Virus record (IMG/VR): IMGVR_UViG_3300023208_000007
Span: 1-58,038 of that record
Direction: 5' to 3' (one strand)
DNA length: 58,038 bases
From: a virus
Taxonomy: Duplodnaviria > Caudoviricetes
Shown: piece after piece, positions 40,110 to 47,905 of the stretch
Numbering within the stretch: position 1 is the stretch's first letter
How the letters are laid out: the number at the start of each line of letters is the position of its first letter
Notes under the pieces: generated by a model
The model's database searches: none
What the model was told of the DNA's origin: nothing
Seen by the model: only the letters and a program-made list of their open reading frames with translations
Position numbers and translations under genes: made by a program

Positions 40110-40575
40110 TCTAACTGATACTGCTCTGGTCGGCGCAATTTCAAAGCTTGCTGAAAAGCTCAGAAAAACAAAAGGAGTTACTAACGTTCAGCTTGATCTT
40201 TCACGTCCTGCAAAATACGTGAGCATTTTTTATGCTGCGAAATCATCGCACGACGCACAAAACATGCTGTTTGATTTGATTCGACCTGACTTTGACTTTT
40301 ATCTGGTTAGTACTATTCTTCCGTATAATAAGCCAGCAGCCGCAAATGCGGTAACGCGTATTCGAATTATTCGACAAAAAGTTAAAGTCGATGTTGCTGC
40401 TGAACAAGAAACAATCATTAATCAACAGAAGCTTCGAATTATCGATCTTGAAAAAAAGATTGAAATTCTTGAATTAAAGCTTTCGGCCGCCGAATTGTTG
40501 TTGATTGATTATTTTGATGAACAGAAAACACTGTCACAAAAATATCGCGATCGCGTAAAAGTAGCTTTTAGCTAA
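40096..40575 (+). CDS. Hypothetical protein with C-terminal coiled coil
   Basis: Overlapping operonic ORF. Confidence 0.6.
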   Translation: MTVSNLTDTALVGAISKLAEKLRKTKGVTNVQLDLSRPAKYVSIFYAAKSSHDAQNMLFDLIRPDFDFYLVSTILPYNKPAAANAVTRIRIIRQKVKVDVAAEQETIINQQKLRIIDLEKKIEILELKLSAAELLLIDYFDEQKTLSQKYRDRVKVAFS

Positions 40576-40627
40576 AAATAAGCTTTCATAAATATGGATA
40601 TCATTAACAACAAATGGAGTCATAAAA

Positions 40628-40891
40628 ATGAAAAAAATAATTTTATTAGTTTGTGCACTTTTATCAGGTTGCGCAGTATATCCAGCTGGTGGTTATATTG
40701 GTGTACGTCATGGAGGGGTTCCAAGTTATTGGTATGATTATCCTAATTATGGATATCCAGGATACAATAGTACAGTAATCATTCCTGGTTGGGGCTACAG
40801 AGGTTACGGCGGCCATCGTAATTGGGGCGGTCATGGTGGTTGGCACGGCGGCCATCGTAATTGGGGCGGTCATCGCCGAGGTAGAGATTAA
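40628..40891 (+). CDS. Gly/Tyr-rich lipoprotein
   Basis: LSGC lipobox; GGHRNWGGH repeat. Confidence 0.75.
   Translation: MKKIILLVCALLSGCAVYPAGGYIGVRHGGVPSYWYDYPNYGYPGYNSTVIIPGWGYRGYGGHRNWGGHGGWHGGHRNWGGHRRGRD
40806..40873 (+). repeat. 29-nt direct repeat, two copies
   Basis: acggcggccatcgtaattggggcggtcat at 40806 and 40845. Confidence 0.9.
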
Positions 40892-40902
40892 GAGAAAAAT
40901 AA

Positions 40903-41946
40903 ATGATAAACGCGCTAGTTCTTACAGCAGAACAAATTTTAAACATTTCAGTAAGTGAGCCTGAAAAACTGTTTAATGTTAATGACTTAAAAAGTCAAAA
41001 ACGCTCGCTTGTAAGTAGATGGCATCCAGATAGAATTAACCACCCTAAAGCAGATGAAGTTGTCGCTCATATAAATGTGTTGTTTGACGCCGCAGAAAAG
41101 AAGCTGCATGACAACACATGGAAGGGACCTAATGAGCTTTTGTTTACTGCGTTGAAAAAAACTGGTGTATTTCGATTTAAATATCGCACAATGGTTGAGT
41201 TTGAGCTAGGTAAAATTTACACTGGAAAAGAATCCGGCGCGTATATCTTGTCAAAAGATTATGCTGATTTACAAGATAACGCAGCGAAATTTAGAGGTAC
41301 GCTGCGTTACGCTTCTGATAAAATGAAAGATTCATTTTCAAAGATTTTACCAGAAGTTGTTTTTAATGAAATAACCGATATTGGCGCTGTTCAAATATTT
41401 AAGAAAACTGAAAATGTTATCTTACTCAGCGACTTATTAAAATTAACAAACAGAGTTATTGAGCCTGTTCACGTTGCATGGATTGGAAATTGTTTGTTAA
41501 ATCTTGCATGCTTTTTTGAGTATAACGGAATTGTTTTTAATGGGTACACTGCTGAAAATCTCTGGATTTCACCAAAAAATCACGCAGTGTTTCCTGTGGG
41601 TTGGTGGTACGCTAGAAAAGAAAATGAAAAATTGCTTGCTTTACCTGGTACCATAATAAAACAGTTACCTGCGAGCATAATTAGTGATAGAATAGCTACA
41701 TCAAGTATGGATAGATACGCCATTAAAGCCCTTCTCATTCAACTTCTTGGAGATGAAACAGGAAACGGAGTTAAGCTTCTTAAATCCTCCGTTCCTGAAA
41801 AAATGGTAAGGTGGTTACGTCAACCGCCAGCAGATAAGGCTGTCAAAGATTATTCTGCGTGGAAAGCTGTGCTTGAAACTACTTTTGGCCCACGTAAATT
41901 TGTGGAACTTAAGATAAATTTAGATAAAATTTACGGAAATAATTAA
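40903..41946 (+). CDS. J-domain plus protein-kinase-like fold protein
   Basis: WHPD J-domain motif; HVAWI..L..GIV.NG..ENLWI degenerate kinase-like segment. Confidence 0.65.
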   Translation: MINALVLTAEQILNISVSEPEKLFNVNDLKSQKRSLVSRWHPDRINHPKADEVVAHINVLFDAAEKKLHDNTWKGPNELLFTALKKTGVFRFKYRTMVEFELGKIYTGKESGAYILSKDYADLQDNAAKFRGTLRYASDKMKDSFSKILPEVVFNEITDIGAVQIFKKTENVILLSDLLKLTNRVIEPVHVAWIGNCLLNLACFFEYNGIVFNGYTAENLWISPKNHAVFPVGWWYARKENEKLLALPGTIIKQLPASIISDRIATSSMDRYAIKALLIQLLGDETGNGVKLLKSSVPEKMVRWLRQPPADKAVKDYSAWKAVLETTFGPRKFVELKINLDKIYGNN

Positions 41947-42437
41947 TGACAGCTCTTATTGGTATTGTTCTTGCAGTTATTTGTGCTGCATTTGCTTTTT
42001 TTACTACAAGTTCAGATGAACGAGGAAATACACGTCTTTCTGCTGGTGGTACAATTGCAATATTTTTTGGTATTATTTTAGCAATTGTTGGCATCATTTT
42101 AAATCCAATAGTTAATGTTTGGGTTTCAGAAATGAACGGAAAGGCGGAGTACGCTCAAGCAGAGTACAACCGTCAAATTAAGGTGCTTGAGGCGCAAGCA
42201 GCTCTCGAGTCAGCCAAGTCATACGCAGCTGCAGAAGTAGAGCGAGCTAAAGGTGTTGCTCAAGCTAATGACATTGTTAAACAAGGTCTTGGTGGCAGTG
42301 AGGGATACCTTCGGTATCTTTATATTCAGGCAATTGAAAAATCGTCTGAACACGGCAATTCACAATTTATTTACTTGCCTACTGAGGCAGGTCTACCAAT
42401 TTTGGAGGCACAACGTTTCCAAAAAGCAAACCCCTGA
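41946..42437 (+). CDS. Membrane protein, SPFH/band-7-related
   Basis: Two TM segments; EVERAKGVAQAN, YLRYL.I, IYLPTEAGLPILEA. Confidence 0.7.
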   Translation: MTALIGIVLAVICAAFAFFTTSSDERGNTRLSAGGTIAIFFGIILAIVGIILNPIVNVWVSEMNGKAEYAQAEYNRQIKVLEAQAALESAKSYAAAEVERAKGVAQANDIVKQGLGGSEGYLRYLYIQAIEKSSEHGNSQFIYLPTEAGLPILEAQRFQKANP

Positions 42438-42485
42438 GCGAAAGACGCACAGGGTCTTTTAACCTCGGATTGAGGAGATACGAAA

Positions 42486-43400
42486 ATGGGATACTCAAGA
42501 TGGTCTGATGACGACTGGAAGTCATACTCTACAACTACTTCGACAAAATCTGCGTCAGCGGTTTTTACAAGTCATAGCATAACAAGTGAACTCGACCCCA
42601 AAGGGGTGATTCGTGAGTCACGAGACTCCGATTTGAATCCTAACTCTACACCAGTTATTATTGGTGGTGACGTAACCGGTTCAATGGGTTCAATTGCTTA
42701 CTACCTCGTCACCAAAGGTTTAGGAACAGTTTTCCAGGAAATCCTGGATCGAAAGCCTGTAACTGATCCTCACATGGCGTTTTACGCTATCGGTGACTGT
42801 CACTATGATCGCTCGCCTTTACAAGTGTCGCAGTTTGAAGCTGATTTGACTATTGCAAAATGGTTGGAAAAGGTTCACGTCGAACAAGGTGGTGGCGGTA
42901 ACGCCTTTGAGAGTTACGATCTACCTTATTACTTTGCCGGCTATCACACGTCTCACGACGCGTTTGAGAAGCGCGGTAAAAAGGGCTATATTTTCACCTA
43001 TGGCGATGAAGGACCGCCTCCTGGCACACCGAGATCGTGGATTAACGACAAGATTGGTGACTCGTTGGAGGTAGATCCGACGTTTGCTAGTAGTCTCGCC
43101 GCCGCTCAAAAAATGTACTATTGCTATCACATTATCATCGCCGAAGGCTCACATGCAGCTTCTTACGGCCCTGAACGTGTTCGTAAACAGTGGGTACCAC
43201 TGTTTGGGCAAAATGTAGTGATTCTCGATGACCACAAAAATCTTGCGGAAACAATTATTTCCATCATGGAGATCAATGAAGGTAAGGACGCCGCTTCCGT
43301 AATTTCATCATGGTCTGGTGATACTTCACTGGTAGTTGCCAGTGCGGTTAAGAACTTAAAAGCGACATCTGTTGCTGCTGGCGCAGTAGTTCGCTTTTAA
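42486..43400 (+). CDS. vWA-like domain protein
   Basis: DVTGSM, GD..D..PLQVSQFE, GGGGN..ESY, GDE. Confidence 0.8.
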   Translation: MGYSRWSDDDWKSYSTTTSTKSASAVFTSHSITSELDPKGVIRESRDSDLNPNSTPVIIGGDVTGSMGSIAYYLVTKGLGTVFQEILDRKPVTDPHMAFYAIGDCHYDRSPLQVSQFEADLTIAKWLEKVHVEQGGGGNAFESYDLPYYFAGYHTSHDAFEKRGKKGYIFTYGDEGPPPGTPRSWINDKIGDSLEVDPTFASSLAAAQKMYYCYHIIIAEGSHAASYGPERVRKQWVPLFGQNVVILDDHKNLAETIISIMEINEGKDAASVISSWSGDTSLVVASAVKNLKATSVAAGAVVRF

Positions 43401-43456
43401 CCTTTGATTTATAGGGAAGGTGGGTAACTGCCTTCCCTTCTTTTTAGAGAATTATA

Positions 43457-44662
43457 ATGTCAAAAGAAATTATAGCTATAATAGGAGCAAACTACGGAGA
43501 CGAAGGAAAAGGTCTTTTTACTGATTACTTTGCAAATGTGCGACATGATGGTATTGTTGTACGACATTCAGGCGGCGCGCAAGCTGGTCACACAGTTGTC
43601 TTAGAAGATGGGCGCCGACACATTTTTTCTCACTTTGGCTCTGGCAGCTTTATTGGTTTACCAACATTTTTAGGTAAAGAATTCGTTATTCACCCACCAG
43701 TTTTCAAACGTGAGCTTATAGAACTTTGGAAAAAGCAAGTTGATCCAAAAGTTGTATCTGACCCACGTGCAATAATCACCACTCATCTGGATGTGATTAT
43801 AAATCAAGCGCTTGAGCGCAAACGCACTGAGCGACACGGTTCAGTAGGGCTTGGATTTTGTGAAACAATTGAGCGAAATACTCGCAGTGCGTTTGGCTTT
43901 AACTTGTTAGACTTGTTTACTGTAGATCAATCTCATTTGATTGATTTTATTGTTAACAAAATGAAATTCTTAAGAAATGAATGGTTAAATACACGCCTTG
44001 AAGAGCTTGAACTAACAGAAGGCGATCTCCCTGAGTATTTTTTTGTTGACTCACATAACATGGATAAAGGTTACGCTGAGATGTGCATGTGGATTCGTCA
44101 GAATATTAAGATGGCACCCCCTGAAACACTTGATCTTTACGGCACTGTTATTTTTGAAGGATCACAGGGACTTTTGTTAGATCAAAACAGCTCTAACTTT
44201 CCTCACGTTACACGTGCAAATACTGGCGTTAAAAACGCAGTTGAAATGATCGAAGAAAGTCAGATTGATGTAAGTCAATTTAATTCAATTTACGTTAGCA
44301 GAACCTATATGACAAAGCACGGTAATGGGCCACTACCTTATGAGGATGATTCTTTTAAGTGGCCCATTGAAGATGAAACAAACATTGAGCACGAGTTTCA
44401 AGGTAAATTTCGCTCTGCCCCAATTGGCATGGATGACTTAGGCGAGCGAATAATCGCTGACTTTGATTTAATTCCAAAAAAATTTAATCCAGTTAGAAAG
44501 TTGGCAATGACTCACTTTGATAAAATAAGTGAAACCGCGGTTTTTTACATAAACACTGACGAACGCATTGAAGTATCTGGAAAAGATTACGCTGAAATGA
44601 TGATGAATGCAGCAGATTTTATGTCAAACGGTCCTACTCGTTACGATATCACAGTTTGCTGA
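43457..44662 (+). CDS. Adenylosuccinate synthetase-like protein (divergent PurA family)
   Basis: GANYGDEGKG, GGAQAGHTV, FEGSQGLLLD, PHVT, RTY.TKHG.GP. Confidence 0.85.
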   Translation: MSKEIIAIIGANYGDEGKGLFTDYFANVRHDGIVVRHSGGAQAGHTVVLEDGRRHIFSHFGSGSFIGLPTFLGKEFVIHPPVFKRELIELWKKQVDPKVVSDPRAIITTHLDVIINQALERKRTERHGSVGLGFCETIERNTRSAFGFNLLDLFTVDQSHLIDFIVNKMKFLRNEWLNTRLEELELTEGDLPEYFFVDSHNMDKGYAEMCMWIRQNIKMAPPETLDLYGTVIFEGSQGLLLDQNSSNFPHVTRANTGVKNAVEMIEESQIDVSQFNSIYVSRTYMTKHGNGPLPYEDDSFKWPIEDETNIEHEFQGKFRSAPIGMDDLGERIIADFDLIPKKFNPVRKLAMTHFDKISETAVFYINTDERIEVSGKDYAEMMMNAADFMSNGPTRYDITVC

Positions 44663-44768
44663 CTATAAATAGAATTACTATAAGAAAAACAAACAAGAAT
44701 AAGAAGAAGTAAATTTCTACTTTTTGTTGAATTTCTATAAATAATTATAGAATTTGTGAACAAAAGTA

Positions 44769-44796
44769 TGTACATTCCTGGTAGAATGTGTATAAT
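44769..44796 (+). promoter_or_regulatory. Promoter of the tRNA array leader
   Basis: TGTACA-N16-TATAAT; late TATAAATA boxes also at 44664 and 44736. Confidence 0.75.
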
Positions 44797-44835
44797 ATTA
44801 CCATACGTTAACCAAAAACAAACTTAAACACAACA

Positions 44836-44967
44836 ATGATTAAGAACATACAACGCAAACAATTTAGAGAATGGCAGCAAGATTGCCAGGATCAGTTCTG
44901 CGCTGTGATTTGGCATCGTGACGATATTAAACGCGGCTCTCCCCTTAGAGGAGGCTCTACCAGTTAA
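44836..44967 (+). CDS. Putative attenuator leader peptide (43 aa)
   Basis: MIKNIQRKQFREWQQDCQDQFCAVIWHRDDIKRGSPLRGGSTS*; A-rich 5' region without a clear SD; its 3' end carries the antiterminator strand. Confidence 0.65.
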   Translation: MIKNIQRKQFREWQQDCQDQFCAVIWHRDDIKRGSPLRGGSTS

Positions 44968-45024
44968 GTAGAAAGGTAGAAAATTAGTCTAAGGGGAATT
45001 TCCGAAAGGATTTTCCCCTTTTTT
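44940..45024 (+). terminator. Antiterminator/terminator switch (attenuator)
   Basis: tccccttaga 44940-44949 is exactly complementary to tctaagggga 44988-44997, which overlaps the left arm of terminator aaggggaatttcc-gaaa-ggattttcccctt-tttt (44991-45024). Confidence 0.75.
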
Positions 45025-45052
45025 ATTGCTCTTTAAAAATTTGGAATACATT

Positions 45053-45122
45053 CTCCCAGCCGGTGGATTCCGGACCTGACGCTTCGAACGTTGGAGGTGT
45101 GGTTCGATTCCGCATTGGGAGG
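45053..45122 (+). tRNA. tRNA-Arg(UCG), atypical D arm
   Basis: Acceptor ctcccag/ttgggag; loop cttcgaa; TTCGA T loop; no U8-A9 linker. Confidence 0.7.
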
Positions 45123-45130
45123 CAGATATT

Positions 45131-45202
45131 CTCCTTGTGGCAGATTGGATATGCAACGCGGTCCTAACGCGTAGTAAGTAGGTTCGACTCCTACCAAGGG
45201 GG
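45131..45202 (+). tRNA. tRNA-Arg(CCU)
   Basis: acgcg-gtcctaa-cgcgt anticodon arm; canonical T arm. Confidence 0.88.
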
Positions 45203-45211
45203 CAAAATGAT

Positions 45212-45282
45212 GGGCTTGAAGCTTTAAAGTGAAGCATCGGTCTTTTAAACCGAAGAAGAGGGGCCGGTACCCTCCAGGCCTA
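45212..45282 (+). tRNA. tRNA-Lys(UUU), non-canonical T loop
   Basis: tcggt-cttttaa-accga; T arm gaggg-gccggta-ccctc. Confidence 0.75.
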
Positions 45283-45291
45283 CAAATGCTA

Positions 45292-45436
45292 GCTAACGGT
45301 GGAGTGGACGCAACGCCAATGAGCGCGGTCAATGTTCTGGACCAGCAGCACTGGAAGGGAACATAGGCGAAGTCAGGAACCAAGAGTAAAGTTCGAACAT
45401 AACTTTTGGGAATTGATTATCTGTAGCCCCGTTAGC
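45292..45436 (+). ncRNA. 145-nt structured RNA inside the tRNA array
   Basis: Closing stem gctaacgg/ccgttagc; internal stems atgttc/gaacat, ccag/ctgg, ccaagagt/acttttgg. Confidence 0.6.
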
Positions 45437-45446
45437 GACTTATATT

Positions 45447-45537
45447 GGAAGCGTAGTGTAGTGGCCGCACAGCAGTTTTATACACTGCATAGCCCCAGAT
45501 TAGGGCGTAGAGATGGGTTCGATTCCCTCCGCTTCTA
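45447..45537 (+). tRNA. tRNA with UAU (Ile) anticodon and long variable arm
   Basis: gcagt-tttatac-actgc; variable hairpin gccc..gggc; acceptor ggaagcg/cgcttct. Confidence 0.7.
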
Positions 45538-45545
45538 CAAATTAT

Positions 45546-45618
45546 GCAGCTTTGGCGTAGCTGGTGCGCGCGCCCGGTTGAAGCCCGTGAGGACCAGGTT
45601 CGATTCCTGGAGGCTGCA
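45546..45618 (+). tRNA. tRNA-Phe(GAA)
   Basis: Loop ttgaagc; canonical cloverleaf. Confidence 0.85.
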
Positions 45619-45627
45619 CAAAACTTT

Positions 45628-45700
45628 GGCCGAGTAGTTCTCTGGTGAGAACACCTGTCTGTCTAACAGGTTTAGGTGGGTTCGATCCCCATCTCGGTCG
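45628..45700 (+). tRNA. tRNA-Asp(GUC)
   Basis: cctgt-ctgtcta-acagg; G73. Confidence 0.88.
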
Positions 45701-45711
45701 CATATTATAAT

Positions 45712-45786
45712 GGCGTTCGTAGCTTAAAAGTAGAGCTCCTGTCTGTGAAACAGGAAGGTACCAGTGCAAGACTGGCCGATCGCCCA
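45712..45786 (+). tRNA. tRNA-His(GUG)
   Basis: cctgt-ctgtgaa-acagg; G-1:C73; T loop tgcaaga. Confidence 0.8.
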
Positions 45787-45838
45787 CTCAACAAAAGTGC
45801 TTCTATAAATATCTAAAGCATATTTAAGAGTGTTAAAA

Positions 45839-46369
45839 ATGAAATTACGTGATATTTTAGAAGCAATTATTGATCATCCAAAACTTTCATTTAAATGGAT
45901 TGATGATCAACGATGTACATTTGAATTTAATGAAAGAATTTTTGGAATTTATATTGATTATCAAACATTATTTGAAAAATACTCAGTTGCAAATGTTTCA
46001 TTTGGAGTTTTAAAACAAAAAAGTAGATTTTTTTCTGATGAAGAAATTGATACTAAGTTAACAGGAGATGGTAAACCAAAGTTAATCTTTAGCACAGTGG
46101 CACACGCTTGTTTGGCCAATAAAAATTTAACAGGCTGTGATATGATTGCGCTTGCAGGAGCTGATGAAAAAAAGGAAAAACGAGTTATTTTATATGATGT
46201 TTTGATTTGGGAAATTCAAACGCGATTTAGTGAATTTAAAAGTAGAAATATTTTTTACATCAAAACTCCGTTTGGTATTGCAACAATTTTATCTAAATTT
46301 ATGTTAACACCAGATGAACAAAAGTTGGTTCAAGATGAATTAAAAATTTCGAAAATTGAAAAGTTATAA
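45839..46369 (+). CDS. Late hypothetical protein (MKLRDILEA N-terminus)
   Basis: TATAAATA at 45804. Confidence 0.7.
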   Translation: MKLRDILEAIIDHPKLSFKWIDDQRCTFEFNERIFGIYIDYQTLFEKYSVANVSFGVLKQKSRFFSDEEIDTKLTGDGKPKLIFSTVAHACLANKNLTGCDMIALAGADEKKEKRVILYDVLIWEIQTRFSEFKSRNIFYIKTPFGIATILSKFMLTPDEQKLVQDELKISKIEKL

Positions 46370-46374
46370 ATTAT

Positions 46375-46449
46375 GAACCCGTAGTGTAATTGGTTAACAT
46401 GCCGTCCTTTCACGTCGGAGATTTGCGAGATCATACCTCGTCGGGTTCT
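46375..46449 (+). tRNA. tRNA-Glu(UUC)
   Basis: Loop ctttcac; acceptor gaacccg/cgggttc; T loop atcatac. Confidence 0.75.
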
Positions 46450-46460
46450 CAAAAAATTAT

Positions 46461-46534
46461 TCACCCGTCTTTGCTAAAAGTAGGCGGCTTGTCTTTGAAA
46501 CAAGAGAATGTAGGTGCAAGACCTACCGGGTGAT
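46461..46534 (+). tRNA. tRNA-Gln(UUG)
   Basis: cttgt-ctttgaa-acaag; U1:A72; T loop tgcaaga. Confidence 0.75.
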
Positions 46535-46550
46535 CTGTTTATGATATAAT

Positions 46551-46636
46551 ATACCAGTATGCAAAATAGGACAAAAGCGGTCGGTCTTTCAAACCGATGT
46601 CGAAAGACGTTGCGGGTTCGAGCCCCGTCTGGTATA
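46551..46636 (+). tRNA. Type II (Leu-like body) tRNA with UUC anticodon
   Basis: tcggt-ctttcaa-accga; variable arm gtc-gaaa-gac; A73. Confidence 0.7.
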
Positions 46637-46702
46637 CAAAATAAATTGTACTTTTGCAGAAACTGTGTTATAATTATTTCTGTAGAGTACTGGAGAACTT
46701 TG

Positions 46703-47017
46703 ATGGCTAAATTGATTATTGAGTATAATAAAGATTTTGGTGATGTTGTACCTGATGGTCAAGTTCAATCATATACGTCTTATCATATTCGCCTTGCTAT
46801 TGAAGATGGTGAAAAAATCATTGTTGGTTCTGTAATTTTAATTGACTCTTTTCGTCTAGCTGTAAAGCAAGGTGAAATTTCCAACGAAGATGTTGAAATC
46901 TGGTTTAATGATGGAACTACTAGCTACACAATAACTTTAGATAAGGATGGTCGCTGCAACGTTTATCCTTTTGGATTTTGCGATGCTTATGATAATATTT
47001 TGAGAAAACTTTTGTAA
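46703..47017 (+). CDS. Stand-alone DUF3696-like domain (C-terminus of ABC/AAA_21 ATPases)
   Basis: LIDSFRLAVKQGEIS.EDV.IWF..ITLDKDG..YPFGFCD..L; early promoter at 46647. Confidence 0.6.
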   Translation: MAKLIIEYNKDFGDVVPDGQVQSYTSYHIRLAIEDGEKIIVGSVILIDSFRLAVKQGEISNEDVEIWFNDGTTSYTITLDKDGRCNVYPFGFCDAYDNILRKLL

Positions 47018-47018
47018 T

Positions 47019-47092
47019 TCACCTGTCGTCTAGAGGTAGGACCAGAGACTTTGACTCTCTTAACGCACGTTCGACCCGTGCCGGGTGATCCA
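47019..47092 (+). tRNA. tRNA-Gln(UUG)
   Basis: agaga-ctttgac-tctct; encoded CCA. Confidence 0.88.
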
Positions 47093-47118
47093 AATTTATA
47101 AAACATAGGTGAACAAAG

Positions 47119-47307
47119 ATGTCTAGAAAGATTGTTGAATTTGTTACGGTGTCTGATTGGTCTTTATCAGATTTTGATCGTGAGGTTAACTCTTATCTCA
47201 AAAATGGTTGGGAGATTCGAGGACGAGTTCAGTATGTTGTGGTAAACACAAATATTCGTTATCATCTTGAGATGGTTCGTTATGAAGATGTCGATAAGGT
47301 CGCATAA
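47119..47307 (+). CDS. DUF1737-like small protein
   Basis: F..EVN.YL.NGWEI.G. Confidence 0.6.
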   Translation: MSRKIVEFVTVSDWSLSDFDREVNSYLKNGWEIRGRVQYVVVNTNIRYHLEMVRYEDVDKVA

Positions 47308-47444
47308 TTATAAGTCAACGTTTTACTTGTTTCCGTACGTTTCATTTTCATTAGGAATACAAGGTGGTTGGTTTATAACGATAGGTTGGATGTTTAGCTT
47401 CGTGCAGCTAACCTATATTTCAACTGATGGTTTAGAAGCATAAT

Positions 47445-47516
47445 TCACGGATCTTCTAAAAGCAGGAAGCCAGTCTCTGAAACTGGAGAATGTAGGTGCA
47501 AGACCTACTCCGTGAG
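47445..47516 (+). tRNA. tRNA-Gln(CUG)
   Basis: ccagt-ctctgaa-actgg; T loop tgcaaga. Confidence 0.8.
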
Positions 47517-47521
47517 CAACT

Positions 47522-47594
47522 GGGAATATAGCTCAATTGGCAGAGCAACTGTCTCTTAAACAGTAGGTTGAGGGTTCGACTCCCTCTGTTCCCA
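47522..47594 (+). tRNA. tRNA-Lys(CUU)
   Basis: actgt-ctcttaa-acagt; canonical. Confidence 0.92.
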
Positions 47595-47602
47595 CGAAAA
47601 AT

Positions 47603-47673
47603 GGGTTATTGGTGTAATGGTAGCACAGGAATCTCCAAAATTTCTAGTCGGGGTTCAAATCCCCGGTAGCCCG
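47603..47673 (+). tRNA. tRNA-Trp(CCA)
   Basis: Loop ctccaaa; G73. Confidence 0.88.
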
Positions 47674-47705
47674 CAAAATTTACCCTCGCCCTGGGATAGG
47701 GACTT

Positions 47706-47781
47706 GTGTTTGTATACCCTCAGCCTACGAAGCTGTTGAAAGGTTAATGGAATCATGAGAGTTCGAGTCTCTCCAAGCACG
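47706..47781 (+). tRNA. Non-canonical tRNA-like RNA with ACG (Arg) anticodon
   Basis: Acceptor gtgtttg/caagcac and a normal T arm; anticodon arm cagc-ctacgaa-gctg precedes a D-loop-like AATGG segment. Confidence 0.55.
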
Positions 47782-47905
47782 CAATAATTTTATTTTTATC
47801 TCCATATAAAATTGGAATAAGTTTTTCAATTGCTAACATTTTTTCGTTTACTTTTTAGCCGTTTTGATTATAATTAAATCAAATCCATTCATAAGGTAAA
47901 CGAAG

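Noticed and set aside
43457-44662. PurZ (2-aminoadenine DNA pathway)
   Set aside because: It retains the PurA-type GDEGKG Asp rather than the Ser of PurZ, and no clustered Z-pathway genes are evident.
45292-45436. SRP (4.5S) RNA
   Set aside because: The CAGG and AGCAG elements are in the wrong order and do not flank a GNRA tetraloop hairpin.
44989-45787. ORFs 44989-45237, 45033-45383, 45332-45637 and 45542-45787
   Set aside because: They overlap tRNA genes and are shadow frames.
46551-46636. tRNA-Sec or opal suppressor (UCA)
   Set aside because: The 7-nt loop CUUUCAA places UUC at 34-36; the acceptor is 7 bp with A73, unlike SelC.
46559-46702. N-terminal extension of ORF 46559
   Set aside because: It overlaps a tRNA and a promoter; the SD-supported start is 46703.
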